A stretch of DNA of 64,000 nucleotides from a virus (IMGVR_UViG_3300009551_000003:54696-118695); one strand, 5' to 3'; positions 27,659-37,214 are shown, counted from the stretch's first letter. Notes: generated by a model not told the origin, from the letters alone. Translations and numbers: made by a program.

Positions 27659-28209
27659 TGACCAACATCACAACCATCGTCATTGGCGGCGCTACAGAGC
27701 CAATCCTTATAAATGAGGACGGCAATAAACGTGCAACGGCAGCCGGCCCGGGCGCACTGCTTGACACCGTCGATTCATTTCCGTCCGGCACATGGGTTTC
27801 GACGGAAGCGGCCGATGGATTCAGCGGCGTTGGCTTCCCCGGCTTCCCGTGGCCACGCGGCGATTGGCTCTCGACTGAAGCGCCTGACACTTTCTTCGCT
27901 AACGGCTTCGAGCGCGACAGCGGTGTGCTGTTCGCTTCGGAAACGGCCGACACTTTCTCGGCGTTCGGCCGCCAGCCGCTAGCTGGCACGTGGGTCTCGA
28001 CTGAAGCAAGAGATATCCTCCACGCTGCCGGTCTCGGCCGGGGCGAGGATGGGACACTAATTTCAACGGAATCGGTTGACATTTTCGCCGCGATAGGGCA
28101 TACCCCTATCTCCGGCACCTTCGTCACAACTGACGCCGCTGATCGCTTCCTCGCAATTGGAGCGGGCGTCACTCGGGTTCGCCGACGCCGCACTCTGTTC
28201 GTATCATGA
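27658..28209 (+). CDS. structural protein with GTWVSTEA.D-type repeats
   Basis: About six repeats of G...(S/T)(E/D)..D followed by a hydrophobic residue. Confidence 0.65.
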   Translation: MTNITTIVIGGATEPILINEDGNKRATAAGPGALLDTVDSFPSGTWVSTEAADGFSGVGFPGFPWPRGDWLSTEAPDTFFANGFERDSGVLFASETADTFSAFGRQPLAGTWVSTEARDILHAAGLGRGEDGTLISTESVDIFAAIGHTPISGTFVTTDAADRFLAIGAGVTRVRRRRTLFVS

Positions 28210-28231
28210 ACCCGATCTAGGAGAGATCACC

Positions 28232-28609
28232 ATGTCGGTTGTCTACAATACCACGCTCAAAAATACGCGCATGACGGATGTCGTCACCGCGATCGGTGCC
28301 ACCGGCTTTCTCAACATCTATACCGCCGGACTCGCGCTGTTGCTCGCTACGATCCCGCTTGCGAATCCGGCTGGCACCGTTTCGGCCGGCGTGCTGACTT
28401 TCAGCGGCACTCCGTTGACGGAAGCGAGTGCGAACAACTCAGGCACGGCGGCAGCGGCTACCGTCTCGACCGCCTCAGCGGGCGGCGGGACCGTCGTGAT
28501 CAGCGGCTTGACAGTGTCTTCGACCTCGGGCGATATCGTGCTGTCCTCGACGAATATCGTCGCCGGCCAGCCCATCACGGTCACCTCTGCCTCCATCACG
28601 CACGGCTGA
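28232..28609 (+). CDS. small Thr/Ala/Ser-rich structural protein
   Basis: AGGAG RBS; LNIYT..LLATIPL and NIVAGQPITVTSASITHG, a common phage structural pattern. Confidence 0.7.
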   Translation: MSVVYNTTLKNTRMTDVVTAIGATGFLNIYTAGLALLLATIPLANPAGTVSAGVLTFSGTPLTEASANNSGTAAAATVSTASAGGGTVVISGLTVSSTSGDIVLSSTNIVAGQPITVTSASITHG

Positions 28610-28616
28610 TTCGAAA

Positions 28617-29723
28617 ATGAAGTCCCCCCTCCTGATCGAGGGCATGCGTGGGATGGGTGACAGCATCCACCAACGCGGCCCTCTCCGCCAGATCATGCAA
28701 ACACGCGAAGTCTATCTTGAGACCTCGTGGCCCTCGGCCTATCACGATCTCGTCGGCCCTGATCTGCATCTGATCCACAAGCCGGTAGCGTTGCGGACTC
28801 AGACCAAGAATGCAGCGCGCGAGCGCATGAAGTTCTGGGCTGGCCCGGTCCCGCGCGGAATGGAGCGCATGCGCGTCGGATACAACGGCCCACAAGTGAT
28901 GCACTGCCCGAGCAAGACAGTTCTGGAGGGGATGTGCCGCGTGACCGGCACTGACTACGCCACGGCGGACTATCGTCTCCCGGTGCCATCTGAGTGGGGC
29001 AAGAGCCTTGACGAAAAGATCGGTCCGCAACCACTCGATAAGCCATGGCTTGTTTATCGGCCCCTGTGCGATAGGACTGAATATCGCGGCGCCGGCATCC
29101 GCAATGCTAACGCTCAATGCTATACCCATCTGTTCGCCTTCCTTCGCGAGCACTTCCATGTCTTCTCCGTTGCCGATCTGCATCCGGGTAAAGAGGATTT
29201 GGTCGGTCCGGTCCTGAAAGCGGACGTGACGTTCCATAATGGCGAGTTGACCTTCGAGGAGTTGGCCGCGCTTTTCAAAGCGACTGATCTCGTCTTCACG
29301 TCTTCCGGATATCCAGCGATCTTGGCGCCGGCAGTCGAGACGCCTTGCATCAATATCGTCGGCGGCTACGAGGAGCCTTCCACGCACGATTCCGGCGCCC
29401 GATTTGCGCCATTTCTGTCAATCGGCCCGCGCGATCCCTGCCGCTGTTGGACCTCGGGTTGCATGCAGCGATGTCTCAAGGATATCGATATGGTGCCGGC
29501 GATCGATAAGATCGCAGCATTCATGCAGGAACACTTCGCCATCAATATCCTTCCGAGGCGCGGCGAGGTCTCTGATATGTTCGAGACCGAGTCAGCGTCA
29601 AGCGGTCCGGCTCCGCTGGCCGCGCCGTTCGGCGCTCCTGCGCGCAATACGCCGGCCTTTTATGCTGCGCTCCAGAACTCTCGGCTCCGCGCGATGAATC
29701 CCGGACAGGGGCAGAAGGCATGA
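28617..29723 (+). CDS. GT-B glycosyltransferase, GT9/heptosyltransferase-like
   Basis: GMGD near the N-terminus; LAALFKATDLVFTSSGYPAILAPAVETPCINIVGG matches the GT9 C-terminal motif. Confidence 0.7.
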   Translation: MKSPLLIEGMRGMGDSIHQRGPLRQIMQTREVYLETSWPSAYHDLVGPDLHLIHKPVALRTQTKNAARERMKFWAGPVPRGMERMRVGYNGPQVMHCPSKTVLEGMCRVTGTDYATADYRLPVPSEWGKSLDEKIGPQPLDKPWLVYRPLCDRTEYRGAGIRNANAQCYTHLFAFLREHFHVFSVADLHPGKEDLVGPVLKADVTFHNGELTFEELAALFKATDLVFTSSGYPAILAPAVETPCINIVGGYEEPSTHDSGARFAPFLSIGPRDPCRCWTSGCMQRCLKDIDMVPAIDKIAAFMQEHFAINILPRRGEVSDMFETESASSGPAPLAAPFGAPARNTPAFYAALQNSRLRAMNPGQGQKA

Positions 29724-29887
29724 GGGCTCTCTTGATCGCGATCGTGCTCGTCAGCTTGTCGGCTTCGAATGTTGGTAGCTCGGTATTTGAGTGGGCATGC
29801 TGGCACAACCGTTACGAGGCGGCGGAGCCCGGCGCCATGTGCACTCAGTATCAGGTCAACCGCGAAACAAAAGGCGACCGGCAATGA
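29720..29887 (+). CDS. 55-aa protein with signal-peptide-like N-terminus (not in ORF track)
   Basis: [19 protein letters not shown]...; ATGA overlaps at both ends. Confidence 0.55.
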   Translation: MRALLIAIVLVSLSASNVGSSVFEWACWHNRYEAAEPGAMCTQYQVNRETKGDRQ

Positions 29888-30900
29888 AAAAGCGAGCACT
29901 GATCACCGGGGTCACCGGACAGGACGGTTCGTACCTTGCCGAGTTGCTGCTCGCGAAGGACTACGAGGTGCACGGCATCAAGCGGCGTTCTTCGTCGTTC
30001 AATACGCCTCGCGTCGATCATCTCCTCCCCAATCCGGATTTCAGTCTGCACTTCGGCGACGTGACCGATTCGACGAACCTGAGCCGTCTCCTAAATGAAG
30101 TGCAGCCCGACGAAGTCTACAATCTTGCCGCGCAGAGCCACGTTCACGTGTCATTCGAGACGCCAGAATACACGGCCAATGCGGACGGGCTCGGCACGCT
30201 GCGCTTGCTGGAGGGCATCCGCAGTATCCGGAAAGATCATCTCGTCAAATTCTATCAGGCCTCCACCTCCGAGCTTTATGGTAACACCCCGGGGTTCTTG
30301 CGCAACGAGAAGACGCCGTTCGCGCCGCGCAGTCCGTATGCCGCCGCGAAGCTCTATGCCTACTGGATCACGGTCAACTATCGCGAAGCCTACGGCCTGC
30401 ACGCCTCGAATGGTATCCTGTTCAATCACGAGAGCCCGCGACGCGGCGAGACGTTCGTCACGCGCAAGATCACCAAGGCGGTCGCCGCGATTCATCACGG
30501 CAAGCAGGAGCATATGTTCCTCGGCAATCTCGACGCGCTCCGCGACTGGGGCCACGCTCGGGACTATGTCGAGGGCATGTGGCTGGCTCTGCAACAGCCC
30601 GAACCTGACGACTACGTTCTCGCGACGGGAGACGCTTATTCGGTGCGCGACTTCGTCGAGGAGGCCTTCGCGTGCGTTGACATCTTCCTCGACTGGCGCG
30701 GCGAAGGCGTCGAGGAACGCGGCGTCTGCCGACAGACCGGCCGCACTCTCGTCTATGTCAGTCCGAAATATTTTCGCCCAACGGAGGTTGACGTTTTGCG
30801 CGGAGATGCTAGTAAGGCGCGGCACGTGCTCGGCTGGGCTCCGAAGACGGAGTTCCGTGATCTCGTGCGAGAAATGGTTGTATCAGACTTGAAAGATTGA
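29884..30900 (+). CDS. gmd: GDP-mannose 4,6-dehydratase
   Basis: [68 protein letters not shown]. Confidence 0.97.
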   Translation: MKKRALITGVTGQDGSYLAELLLAKDYEVHGIKRRSSSFNTPRVDHLLPNPDFSLHFGDVTDSTNLSRLLNEVQPDEVYNLAAQSHVHVSFETPEYTANADGLGTLRLLEGIRSIRKDHLVKFYQASTSELYGNTPGFLRNEKTPFAPRSPYAAAKLYAYWITVNYREAYGLHASNGILFNHESPRRGETFVTRKITKAVAAIHHGKQEHMFLGNLDALRDWGHARDYVEGMWLALQQPEPDDYVLATGDAYSVRDFVEEAFACVDIFLDWRGEGVEERGVCRQTGRTLVYVSPKYFRPTEVDVLRGDASKARHVLGWAPKTEFRDLVREMVVSDLKD

Positions 30901-31703
30901 TCATGAACGAAGACACACGAGTAGCTGTTTGCTGTTACGCCGGAGATCAACATCAAGTCATTGGAGCGCTCGAATTTTATCTTCATCATGGCTGCCCGCT
31001 CGTCATATTATCACCGGAAGATTCAAAAGCAGAGATCACATACCCCGGCGTCGAGAACCGCTTTGCCGGCAAGCGCGCTTATATCGGACAGGATAGTCTT
31101 GATCGTCAGCGAGAACATCTGAAGCTGTTGTTGACGTTCTCTGAAAATCATTTTTTGATCCATGACAGCGACAGCGTCAATCTCGACGCGAAAATTCCGG
31201 ACTACCTTTATGAGGACCCGGATGTCGTATGGTCAAACCAAGTCAACGACGATATCCCAGAACACCAAGAGACACTGAATCGTTACGGCTGGGCGCGAGT
31301 GGCCTTTCAGCCGCCATACTTCCTGAGCCGGAAAACGATCGAAGCCATGCTTGCCGTTGCGGACGACCCGCGATGCAAAGCAACGGACATGATGCCCTTC
31401 ATTGACTATTACATGGTACAGTTGACAATGTGCGCCGGCTTGCGCTGGGCTCGTTTCAAGGACAGCATCAGTTGTCCGATCGCGATCGACCTCCAGAAGA
31501 TCAATCCACCGGCTGCCGATCTCGTGACCTACAGCCAAGGGTTCAAAATCGCAATGGGCGCCGTTCGCAATGGAGGAGCGAACATTCTTCATTCGATCAA
31601 GAATCCTCACGCAATCCGAGAACTCGCCGAAGCCCATAAGCTTTGGCTGGCAGAAAACCCCGACAAGACCCCGACGCCGACACGAGCCCCGAGAGTACGT
31701 TGA
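30897..31703 (+). CDS. putative GT-A glycosyltransferase-like protein
   Basis: VAVCCY N-terminal strand, FLIHDSD (DxD-like), within the sugar cassette. Confidence 0.5.
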   Translation: MIMNEDTRVAVCCYAGDQHQVIGALEFYLHHGCPLVILSPEDSKAEITYPGVENRFAGKRAYIGQDSLDRQREHLKLLLTFSENHFLIHDSDSVNLDAKIPDYLYEDPDVVWSNQVNDDIPEHQETLNRYGWARVAFQPPYFLSRKTIEAMLAVADDPRCKATDMMPFIDYYMVQLTMCAGLRWARFKDSISCPIAIDLQKINPPAADLVTYSQGFKIAMGAVRNGGANILHSIKNPHAIRELAEAHKLWLAENPDKTPTPTRAPRVR

Positions 31704-31704
31704 C

Positions 31705-32565
31705 ATGATCGACCTCCATCAGATCACACTTGTCATGGTCGCCACACGCGCTCACGATCTCAGCAAGATCGCTATTAACGATTGCCTTCGTCAAGCTGCC
31801 TTTGGCGACGTGCTGATCTATACCAACGATCAGGCTAGGGTTCAAATTCCCGGAGCGCGATATTTCAGCGTCACGGACTGGGATAACAAAAAAGACGCTG
31901 GCCGCTTCTACTATTCGGCGGCGGCGGCGAATGTAGAGACGCCCTTCGGCCTCTTCATTGAGTGGGACGCCGGAATCTTCAACCCGGGCAAGTGGCGTGA
32001 CGACTTCCTCGCCTATGATTACGTCGGCGCTCCATGGAATACAGGCGATGATCTGAAGGTTGGAAATGGTGGCTTCACGTTGATGTCGAAACGATTCGGA
32101 GATTTTCTCTGCAAGGAAACATTGCGATTCCCAGTCACAACTGATTGGGATATTTGCCGCACTCATAGGCGCGGCATTGAAGCGGCGGGAGGTTTTAAGT
32201 GGGCACCCTATGAAGTTGCGCAGGACTTCGCGTGGGAGCTTGCTCCGCGCTCGCCTAACACATTTGGCTACCACGGTATCTTTAACTGGCCAGATATGAT
32301 CGGGCATCCAGAGACTATCCAGCGCGTGAAGCTGATGGTCGACGACACATACCTTTGCACCAAGCTGGCCCCGTTGTTCAAATCCGCCCCGTGGCTTGTC
32401 GAGGCGATCGGCACGGCGGCCTTCGAGAAGTATCTCAGTGCAATCCCGAACAATGTCAGACCAGCCCGTCCGTTCGGCGCTATCCAACAGCCGAATCGGG
32501 GAATGTCGCTCTCGCATCGGCGAGCACTGCTCGCTTCAATGGTGCGGCCCGGATTGAAAGCCTAG
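31705..32565 (+). CDS. DUF5672-like putative glycosyltransferase
   Basis: LFIEWDA, W.DDFLAYDYVGAPW, VGNGGFTLMSKR, FGYHG. Confidence 0.7.
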   Translation: MIDLHQITLVMVATRAHDLSKIAINDCLRQAAFGDVLIYTNDQARVQIPGARYFSVTDWDNKKDAGRFYYSAAAANVETPFGLFIEWDAGIFNPGKWRDDFLAYDYVGAPWNTGDDLKVGNGGFTLMSKRFGDFLCKETLRFPVTTDWDICRTHRRGIEAAGGFKWAPYEVAQDFAWELAPRSPNTFGYHGIFNWPDMIGHPETIQRVKLMVDDTYLCTKLAPLFKSAPWLVEAIGTAAFEKYLSAIPNNVRPARPFGAIQQPNRGMSLSHRRALLASMVRPGLKA

Positions 32566-32567
32566 TC

Positions 32568-33527
32568 ATGAAAAAGAACTCCTGTATTGTCGTCACCGGA
32601 GCAAACGGTCTCGCCGGCTCAGCCGTAGTCGATCACCTTCGCTCTCAACTCTATACGTGCGTTGTCGGATTGGGTCGTGAGGATTGCGATCTGATGGATA
32701 TCAAAGCCACTCGCGAGGCCTTCGAGCGGATCAGGCCGCAATACGTCTTCCACGCCGCTGCATGTGTCTATGGCATTGGTGGTAACATGAAGAACCAAGG
32801 CAAGTCGTTCCTCGAAAACACGTTGATCAATACCAGCGTGATCGATGCGAGTTCTCTAGTCGGCGTCGATCGTATCGTTGTCATGGGGACCAACGCGATC
32901 TATCCGAGGGATGCGGCCCTCCCCTATCACGAGAGCAGCATCTTCGATGGTCGCCCGCATCCGTCCGAGAGCGCATACGGCCACGCCAAGCGCGGCATGC
33001 TCGCGATGCTGGAGGCTTACAACGAGAGCTACGGCATGAACTACTGCTACATCGTTTCTGGCAACCTCTATGGCCCGCGTGACAAGTTCGATCCAATCAA
33101 CGGTCACGTCCTGCCGTCCATGATCGCGAAGTTCTACGAGGCGTCCCTTGATGATCAGAAAATAGTGGCGCTCTGGGGCAACGGTGAGCCAAAGCGGGAC
33201 TTCCTCTTCTCGAAGGACCTTGCCCGAATCGCTGAGATGCTTCTTGGCTATAGCGCGCGGGGCACGATCAACATTGGCAGCGGCCACACCTATGCTATCA
33301 AGGATGTTGCCAAGAAACTCTGCGATATCACGGGCGTCCCGATCGACCGGGTATGGTTCGATCGCGACAAGCCAAACGGCCGCATGTGCTGCACGTCTGA
33401 CCTGACGCGGCTCAGTGTGACGGGATTCCAACCGGAGTTCTCGCTCGATCGAGGCCTCAAAGAGACGTGGGATTGGTATTGTGGACATCAACAGCGTTCC
33501 GCTGGGGCATCCGTTCCGGCTCATTGA
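32568..33527 (+). CDS. fcl: GDP-fucose synthase family epimerase/reductase (epimerase Cys replaced by Ala)
   Basis: VTGANGLAG, HAAA.V.GI..N, YGHAK, NLYGP.DKF...GHVLPSMI, WG.GEP.RDFL. Confidence 0.85.
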   Translation: MKKNSCIVVTGANGLAGSAVVDHLRSQLYTCVVGLGREDCDLMDIKATREAFERIRPQYVFHAAACVYGIGGNMKNQGKSFLENTLINTSVIDASSLVGVDRIVVMGTNAIYPRDAALPYHESSIFDGRPHPSESAYGHAKRGMLAMLEAYNESYGMNYCYIVSGNLYGPRDKFDPINGHVLPSMIAKFYEASLDDQKIVALWGNGEPKRDFLFSKDLARIAEMLLGYSARGTINIGSGHTYAIKDVAKKLCDITGVPIDRVWFDRDKPNGRMCCTSDLTRLSVTGFQPEFSLDRGLKETWDWYCGHQQRSAGASVPAH

Positions 33528-34155
33528 GCATCAGCGTAGTCAGCGACCGATGCTCCCTACCCGACAAGATGTGGCGATTGTGCTTTGCGGAGGCGGTCCG
33601 GACCCCTTTGCCGAGCATGATCGCGCGGTCGCGCTCTGCGCAGAAGCCGGCAAACCGTATGAGCTTCTAGTCGGCAATGACATGATCGCCGAGTTTCCCG
33701 GTCCGGTCCACCATGCCGTGACATTGCATGCTGACAAGCTCAGTGCGTGTTTCACGGGTCCGCGCCGGAGCAAGGGATACCCCCTTCCGGACAAAGTTTG
33801 GTCACATAGACCCTATACTGGGGTCTCCGATTGGACCCGCGATTGGTCCGGCTCGACTGGGCTCTTCGGAGTCAAAATATTTCGCGAGCTAGGATTCGTT
33901 CATATCATTCTGTGCGGTGTCCCCATGACGGTTGATGGCGGTCACTTCCTCCGCAAGCAGCCGTGGCATGATGCGACCAACTTCACGAAGGGTTGGGAAA
34001 TGCGTTGGGCGCAACTCAAGCCCTACGTCCGAAGCTTCAGCGGATGGACCCTCCAGAATCTCGGGGAGCCGACCGTCAAATGGCTCAAGACCGAGATCGA
34101 GGACAAGCACCGACAGCCGGCGCCCCCGACGAGTGGACAGGGATTGAAAGCATGA
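33481..34155 (+). CDS. Maf/sialyltransferase-like fold protein (start uncertain, 33481 or 33550)
   Basis: AIVLCGGG, LVGND, SGSTGLFGV, GF.HIILCGVPM pattern. Confidence 0.55.
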   Translation: MDINSVPLGHPFRLIEHQRSQRPMLPTRQDVAIVLCGGGPDPFAEHDRAVALCAEAGKPYELLVGNDMIAEFPGPVHHAVTLHADKLSACFTGPRRSKGYPLPDKVWSHRPYTGVSDWTRDWSGSTGLFGVKIFRELGFVHIILCGVPMTVDGGHFLRKQPWHDATNFTKGWEMRWAQLKPYVRSFSGWTLQNLGEPTVKWLKTEIEDKHRQPAPPTSGQGLKA

Positions 34156-34709
34156 TGTATCGCACTCCGCCGAACCCCAAGCAAAATTGCAAAGAGTATC
34201 GCTATGACGGACCAACGCCTTGTCGGTATCCGCACTGCGATTGCATCAAGCCCGACTGGCCTAAGCCCAAGGGCTGCACCTGTACCTTGCTTCGCGAACG
34301 CGAGCGTTGCTATGAGCAGTGCGAACCGCCGCACTGGGGAATCCTCGAAGACACCACGCTGCTCAAGCCGAGGCTACCTCCAGTCCCGGGCGTGTTGTTC
34401 TTCGTCGTCGCGCTGATCCTCCTCGTGCTGTTCTCCGGACGCACGGCACGCGGCGCTGATGCTGACCCCTATTCATGCTATGGCGGCGGACGCTATGAGG
34501 CAATGAGTGAAGCCGCTCCCGCGTGCAATGATATGCCGCGATACTGTGTCGTCATCCGCAATATGGCGCGCAACTGCACATCAGCAAAACTGCTCGTCAA
34601 GATGTGGGGCACGAACAAGGCCGAACAGCGCGCTCGCGCGTGCGGCGCACTCGACACGGACATCACCGAGGCGAGGGCGTGTCTAAAGCAGGACGAATCG
34701 ACAAAATAA
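34152..34709 (+). CDS. Cys-rich membrane-anchored hypothetical protein
   Basis: ATGA overlap; central hydrophobic helix VLFFVVALILLVLF; Cys-rich on both sides. Confidence 0.55.
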   Translation: MMYRTPPNPKQNCKEYRYDGPTPCRYPHCDCIKPDWPKPKGCTCTLLRERERCYEQCEPPHWGILEDTTLLKPRLPPVPGVLFFVVALILLVLFSGRTARGADADPYSCYGGGRYEAMSEAAPACNDMPRYCVVIRNMARNCTSAKLLVKMWGTNKAEQRARACGALDTDITEARACLKQDESTK

Positions 34710-34726
34710 AGTTCCGCCTAGCTGCC

Positions 34727-34756
34727 TTGACAAAACGCCGCGTCTCCGTTAACCAT
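34727..34756 (+). promoter_or_regulatory. sigma70-like promoter for lysis region with TTAACCAT over the -10
   Basis: TTGACA-N17-TAACCA; TTAACCAT at 34749-34756. Confidence 0.6.
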
Positions 34757-34799
34757 GTTGGGAACCTCCGCAAATCCCCCAGCATGAAGGCGCTTGACC

Positions 34800-35180
34800 A
34801 TGTCGTTCTTGTCATTTTTCACTGATCTCCAGCTTCTCCTCATTGTTGCGGCCGTCGCATTCGTTGCCGGCGTTGTTCTTAGCACGCGCGTCAAAGACTG
34901 GTTCAAGGGAGTCCCGAGCGAGTTGCGTACCGCGCTCAACGGCGCCGAGACTTCAGCCCGTGCAGCGATTGAGCAAGCTCAGATCGATGTGCTCGCGAAG
35001 ATTTTGCCCGGTGCTGCTCAGCCGAAGGCCCCGGCGCCCTTGGCGCCGACCGTCACCTTGACGCCGCTAGCCCCCGTCGCCGCTGCGGGTCCGGCTCCCC
35101 TTCTGCCGCCGCTTCCTGCCGCCGCTCCGCCTGTAGCCCTGGCCCCCGTCGCCGCTGCCCCGGCCGCCCCCGCCGCTTAA
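34800..35180 (+). CDS. membrane protein with Pro/Ala-rich tail
   Basis: N-terminal TM LLLIVAAVAFVAGVVL; APAAPAA tail. Confidence 0.65.
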   Translation: MSFLSFFTDLQLLLIVAAVAFVAGVVLSTRVKDWFKGVPSELRTALNGAETSARAAIEQAQIDVLAKILPGAAQPKAPAPLAPTVTLTPLAPVAAAGPAPLLPPLPAAAPPVALAPVAAAPAAPAA

Positions 35181-35236
35181 CTCTGTTACCGATCGCCGGC
35201 ATCTATCGGCGATTGCCTACGGTATAGGTCACACCG

Positions 35237-36052
35237 ATGTCTCAGGTCACTTACATCGCGTTCACGGACCGCATGATCAAGCGGTATGAAGGCGGGTATG
35301 GATGGAACCGGGCTGATCCCGGCGGCCCTACCAAGTATGGCATCACGTGCTACGACCTCGCCGAGCATCGTGGCCTGAAGATGGATTCGATGGCGCGTTG
35401 GGCTCCGATCGTGGCAGCGATGGAGCTTCCCGAGGCCGAAGCCATCTATGCCAAGAAATACGCCGCCGGCATTCGCTATAGCGATCTCCCGGCCGGCCCT
35501 GACGCCTGCATGTATGACTACGGTGTCAACTCCGGCATCTCCCGTCCTATCCTCGTTGCGCATCGGATCGTCGGCACTCCCGGCACCGGCATGAGCCAAG
35601 CGCTCGTGGACGCAATCCGCAAGGTCGATCCCAACAAGTTCGTCGATCTGATGTGCGATGAACGACTTGCGTTCATGCACGCGATTCGCGGAGGTTCGGC
35701 GTGGGCTGAGTTCGGCAAAGGCTGGGGCGCACGTGTCTCCGATCTTCGAGGATATTCCCACCATCTCGCGACCACGGCCAGCACTGTCAAGGCGACAATT
35801 CCAACGCCGGACGCCCCTGACCTGACCACTATAGCGATGCCAAAGGCTACCCACGTCGCCAAGACAGCCGGCAAAGTCACGGCTGGCGGAGCTATCTCGG
35901 CCGGCGCGTCCGCCGAGGTTGCCGGCGCCCCCCATTGGCAAGCTGCCGCGATCGTCATTGGCATCTTTGCCGCCGGCATCGCTTATGAGGCGTGGCAAGA
36001 TTACAAGACGAATGCCGCGAACAATGTCGTCCACTTTCCCGTTGCTGCTTGA
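35237..36052 (+). CDS. endolysin, glycoside hydrolase family 108, with C-terminal hydrophobic segments
   Basis: EGGY...DPGGPTKYGIT, DYGVNSG, FGKGW..RV. Confidence 0.9.
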   Translation: MSQVTYIAFTDRMIKRYEGGYGWNRADPGGPTKYGITCYDLAEHRGLKMDSMARWAPIVAAMELPEAEAIYAKKYAAGIRYSDLPAGPDACMYDYGVNSGISRPILVAHRIVGTPGTGMSQALVDAIRKVDPNKFVDLMCDERLAFMHAIRGGSAWAEFGKGWGARVSDLRGYSHHLATTASTVKATIPTPDAPDLTTIAMPKATHVAKTAGKVTAGGAISAGASAEVAGAPHWQAAAIVIGIFAAGIAYEAWQDYKTNAANNVVHFPVAA

Positions 36053-36061
36053 GGCTCTGCC

Positions 36062-36346
36062 ATGTATGAGACAATCAAAACGGGCGTCGTCGCATTTCAT
36101 CAGTCGTTCCGCAAGTCGGCGACGATCTTCTTCGCGCGCCTCCAGCTTCTCCTCGCCGCGCTTTGGACCGTGCTGATCGCTACCGATCTAGCACCACTAA
36201 TCGTGAATCCGAAATATGTCACGGCATGGCTGATCTTCAGCGGTTTCGTGACTGAGTATTGCCGGCGCCGGCCGGGCACCGGCACCCCGCTCGATCCTGT
36301 CGCGCCGGTCATTCCGTTCCAGCCGACCTCTGGCCCTTTGAAATGA
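36062..36346 (+). CDS. putative holin/membrane protein
   Basis: Two hydrophobic helices, directly after the endolysin. Confidence 0.55.
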   Translation: MYETIKTGVVAFHQSFRKSATIFFARLQLLLAALWTVLIATDLAPLIVNPKYVTAWLIFSGFVTEYCRRRPGTGTPLDPVAPVIPFQPTSGPLK

Positions 36347-36353
36347 GAACAAA

Positions 36354-36827
36354 ATGCTAGCCACAATTTTCGGCGGCATCGCCGGCCTCAGTTCATTTTT
36401 CAAGGGTCTCTTCGGCTCGATCGATCACGTCACCGACGCGATCTCGAATGAGAAGATCGCCGTCATCAATGCGAAGACACAGGAAGAGCAGATCAGTGCA
36501 CAGGAACGCGTTAATTCGCTGACCCTGCGACGCGATGTCATGATTGCCGAGGCCGCGACCTCTAGTCTCAACGTCAGAATGCGTTTTATGCTCGCGCTCG
36601 GCCCCTGTTACATCTTGCTGAAGATTTTCATTTGGGACAAGGGCATTGGACCGTTCTTCGGTTGCGTTGGTAAGTTGACCGGAGAAGCTGCGCAAGCCTG
36701 TCTCAGGTTCCAGACCGATTCTCTTGATCCTAATCTCTGGGGCGTCGTCATGGCTGTTCTCGGCTTCTATTTCCTCTGCGAAGGTGGAATCACAATCGCC
36801 AAGGTATTCAAAGGGGCAGGGAAATGA
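36354..36827 (+). CDS. putative 3-TM holin
   Basis: N-terminal hydrophobic segment, coiled coil and two TMs ending LGFYFL. Confidence 0.6.
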   Translation: MLATIFGGIAGLSSFFKGLFGSIDHVTDAISNEKIAVINAKTQEEQISAQERVNSLTLRRDVMIAEAATSSLNVRMRFMLALGPCYILLKIFIWDKGIGPFFGCVGKLTGEAAQACLRFQTDSLDPNLWGVVMAVLGFYFLCEGGITIAKVFKGAGK

Positions 36828-37137
36828 GTGATGCTGATGACCAACGACAGGTCCGCCAGTCGATCGAGAATCTAGCAGGAAGAACGGCAGCAAGGGTCCT
36901 TGAAGAGACCCGAGCTTCCGATCGCGAGCTTGAAACAGCCAAAGCTCTCGGCGCCATGGGCGCAACATCATGACGTTGATGGTGCAACAAGAAGCTATGG
37001 ACAAGAAGCTCGACAATGTCGTCGCCGTCGTCAATCGATGGAAGGGTGCGACCGCGCTCTTGATCATCGTCGGAGGTATTCTTGGATACCTCGGCAACTT
37101 CCTCATGAAGTTCGCGGGCTTCACGGGCAAGGCTTGA
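36824..37137 (+). other. coiled-coil plus C-terminal TM protein, apparently split into ORFs 36824-36973 and 36970-37137
   Basis: MSDADD...ALGAMGATS* then MTLMVQQEAMDKKLD...WKGATALLIIVGGILG; one extra base at about 36959 would fuse them. Confidence 0.5.
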
Positions 37138-37179
37138 TTCGTCAACTGCGAATTTTCAAAACACGAAACGTGACCAAAG

Positions 37180-37214
37180 CGCTAGTTGTTAGAACTGGCG
37201 AATCCTGCTAATCT
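37180..37214 (+). promoter_or_regulatory. third copy of putative late promoter
   Basis: CGCTAG-TTGTTA-N17-TAATCT. Confidence 0.55.

Noticed and set aside
23178-28209. Diversity-generating retroelement or invertible fibre cassette
   Set aside because: No reverse transcriptase, invertase or near-identical template/variable repeat pair was seen
28617-34155. Host O-antigen locus or prophage boundary
   Set aside because: Genes are coupled to phage structural and lysis genes on both sides, and no wzx/wzy, integrase or att site is visible
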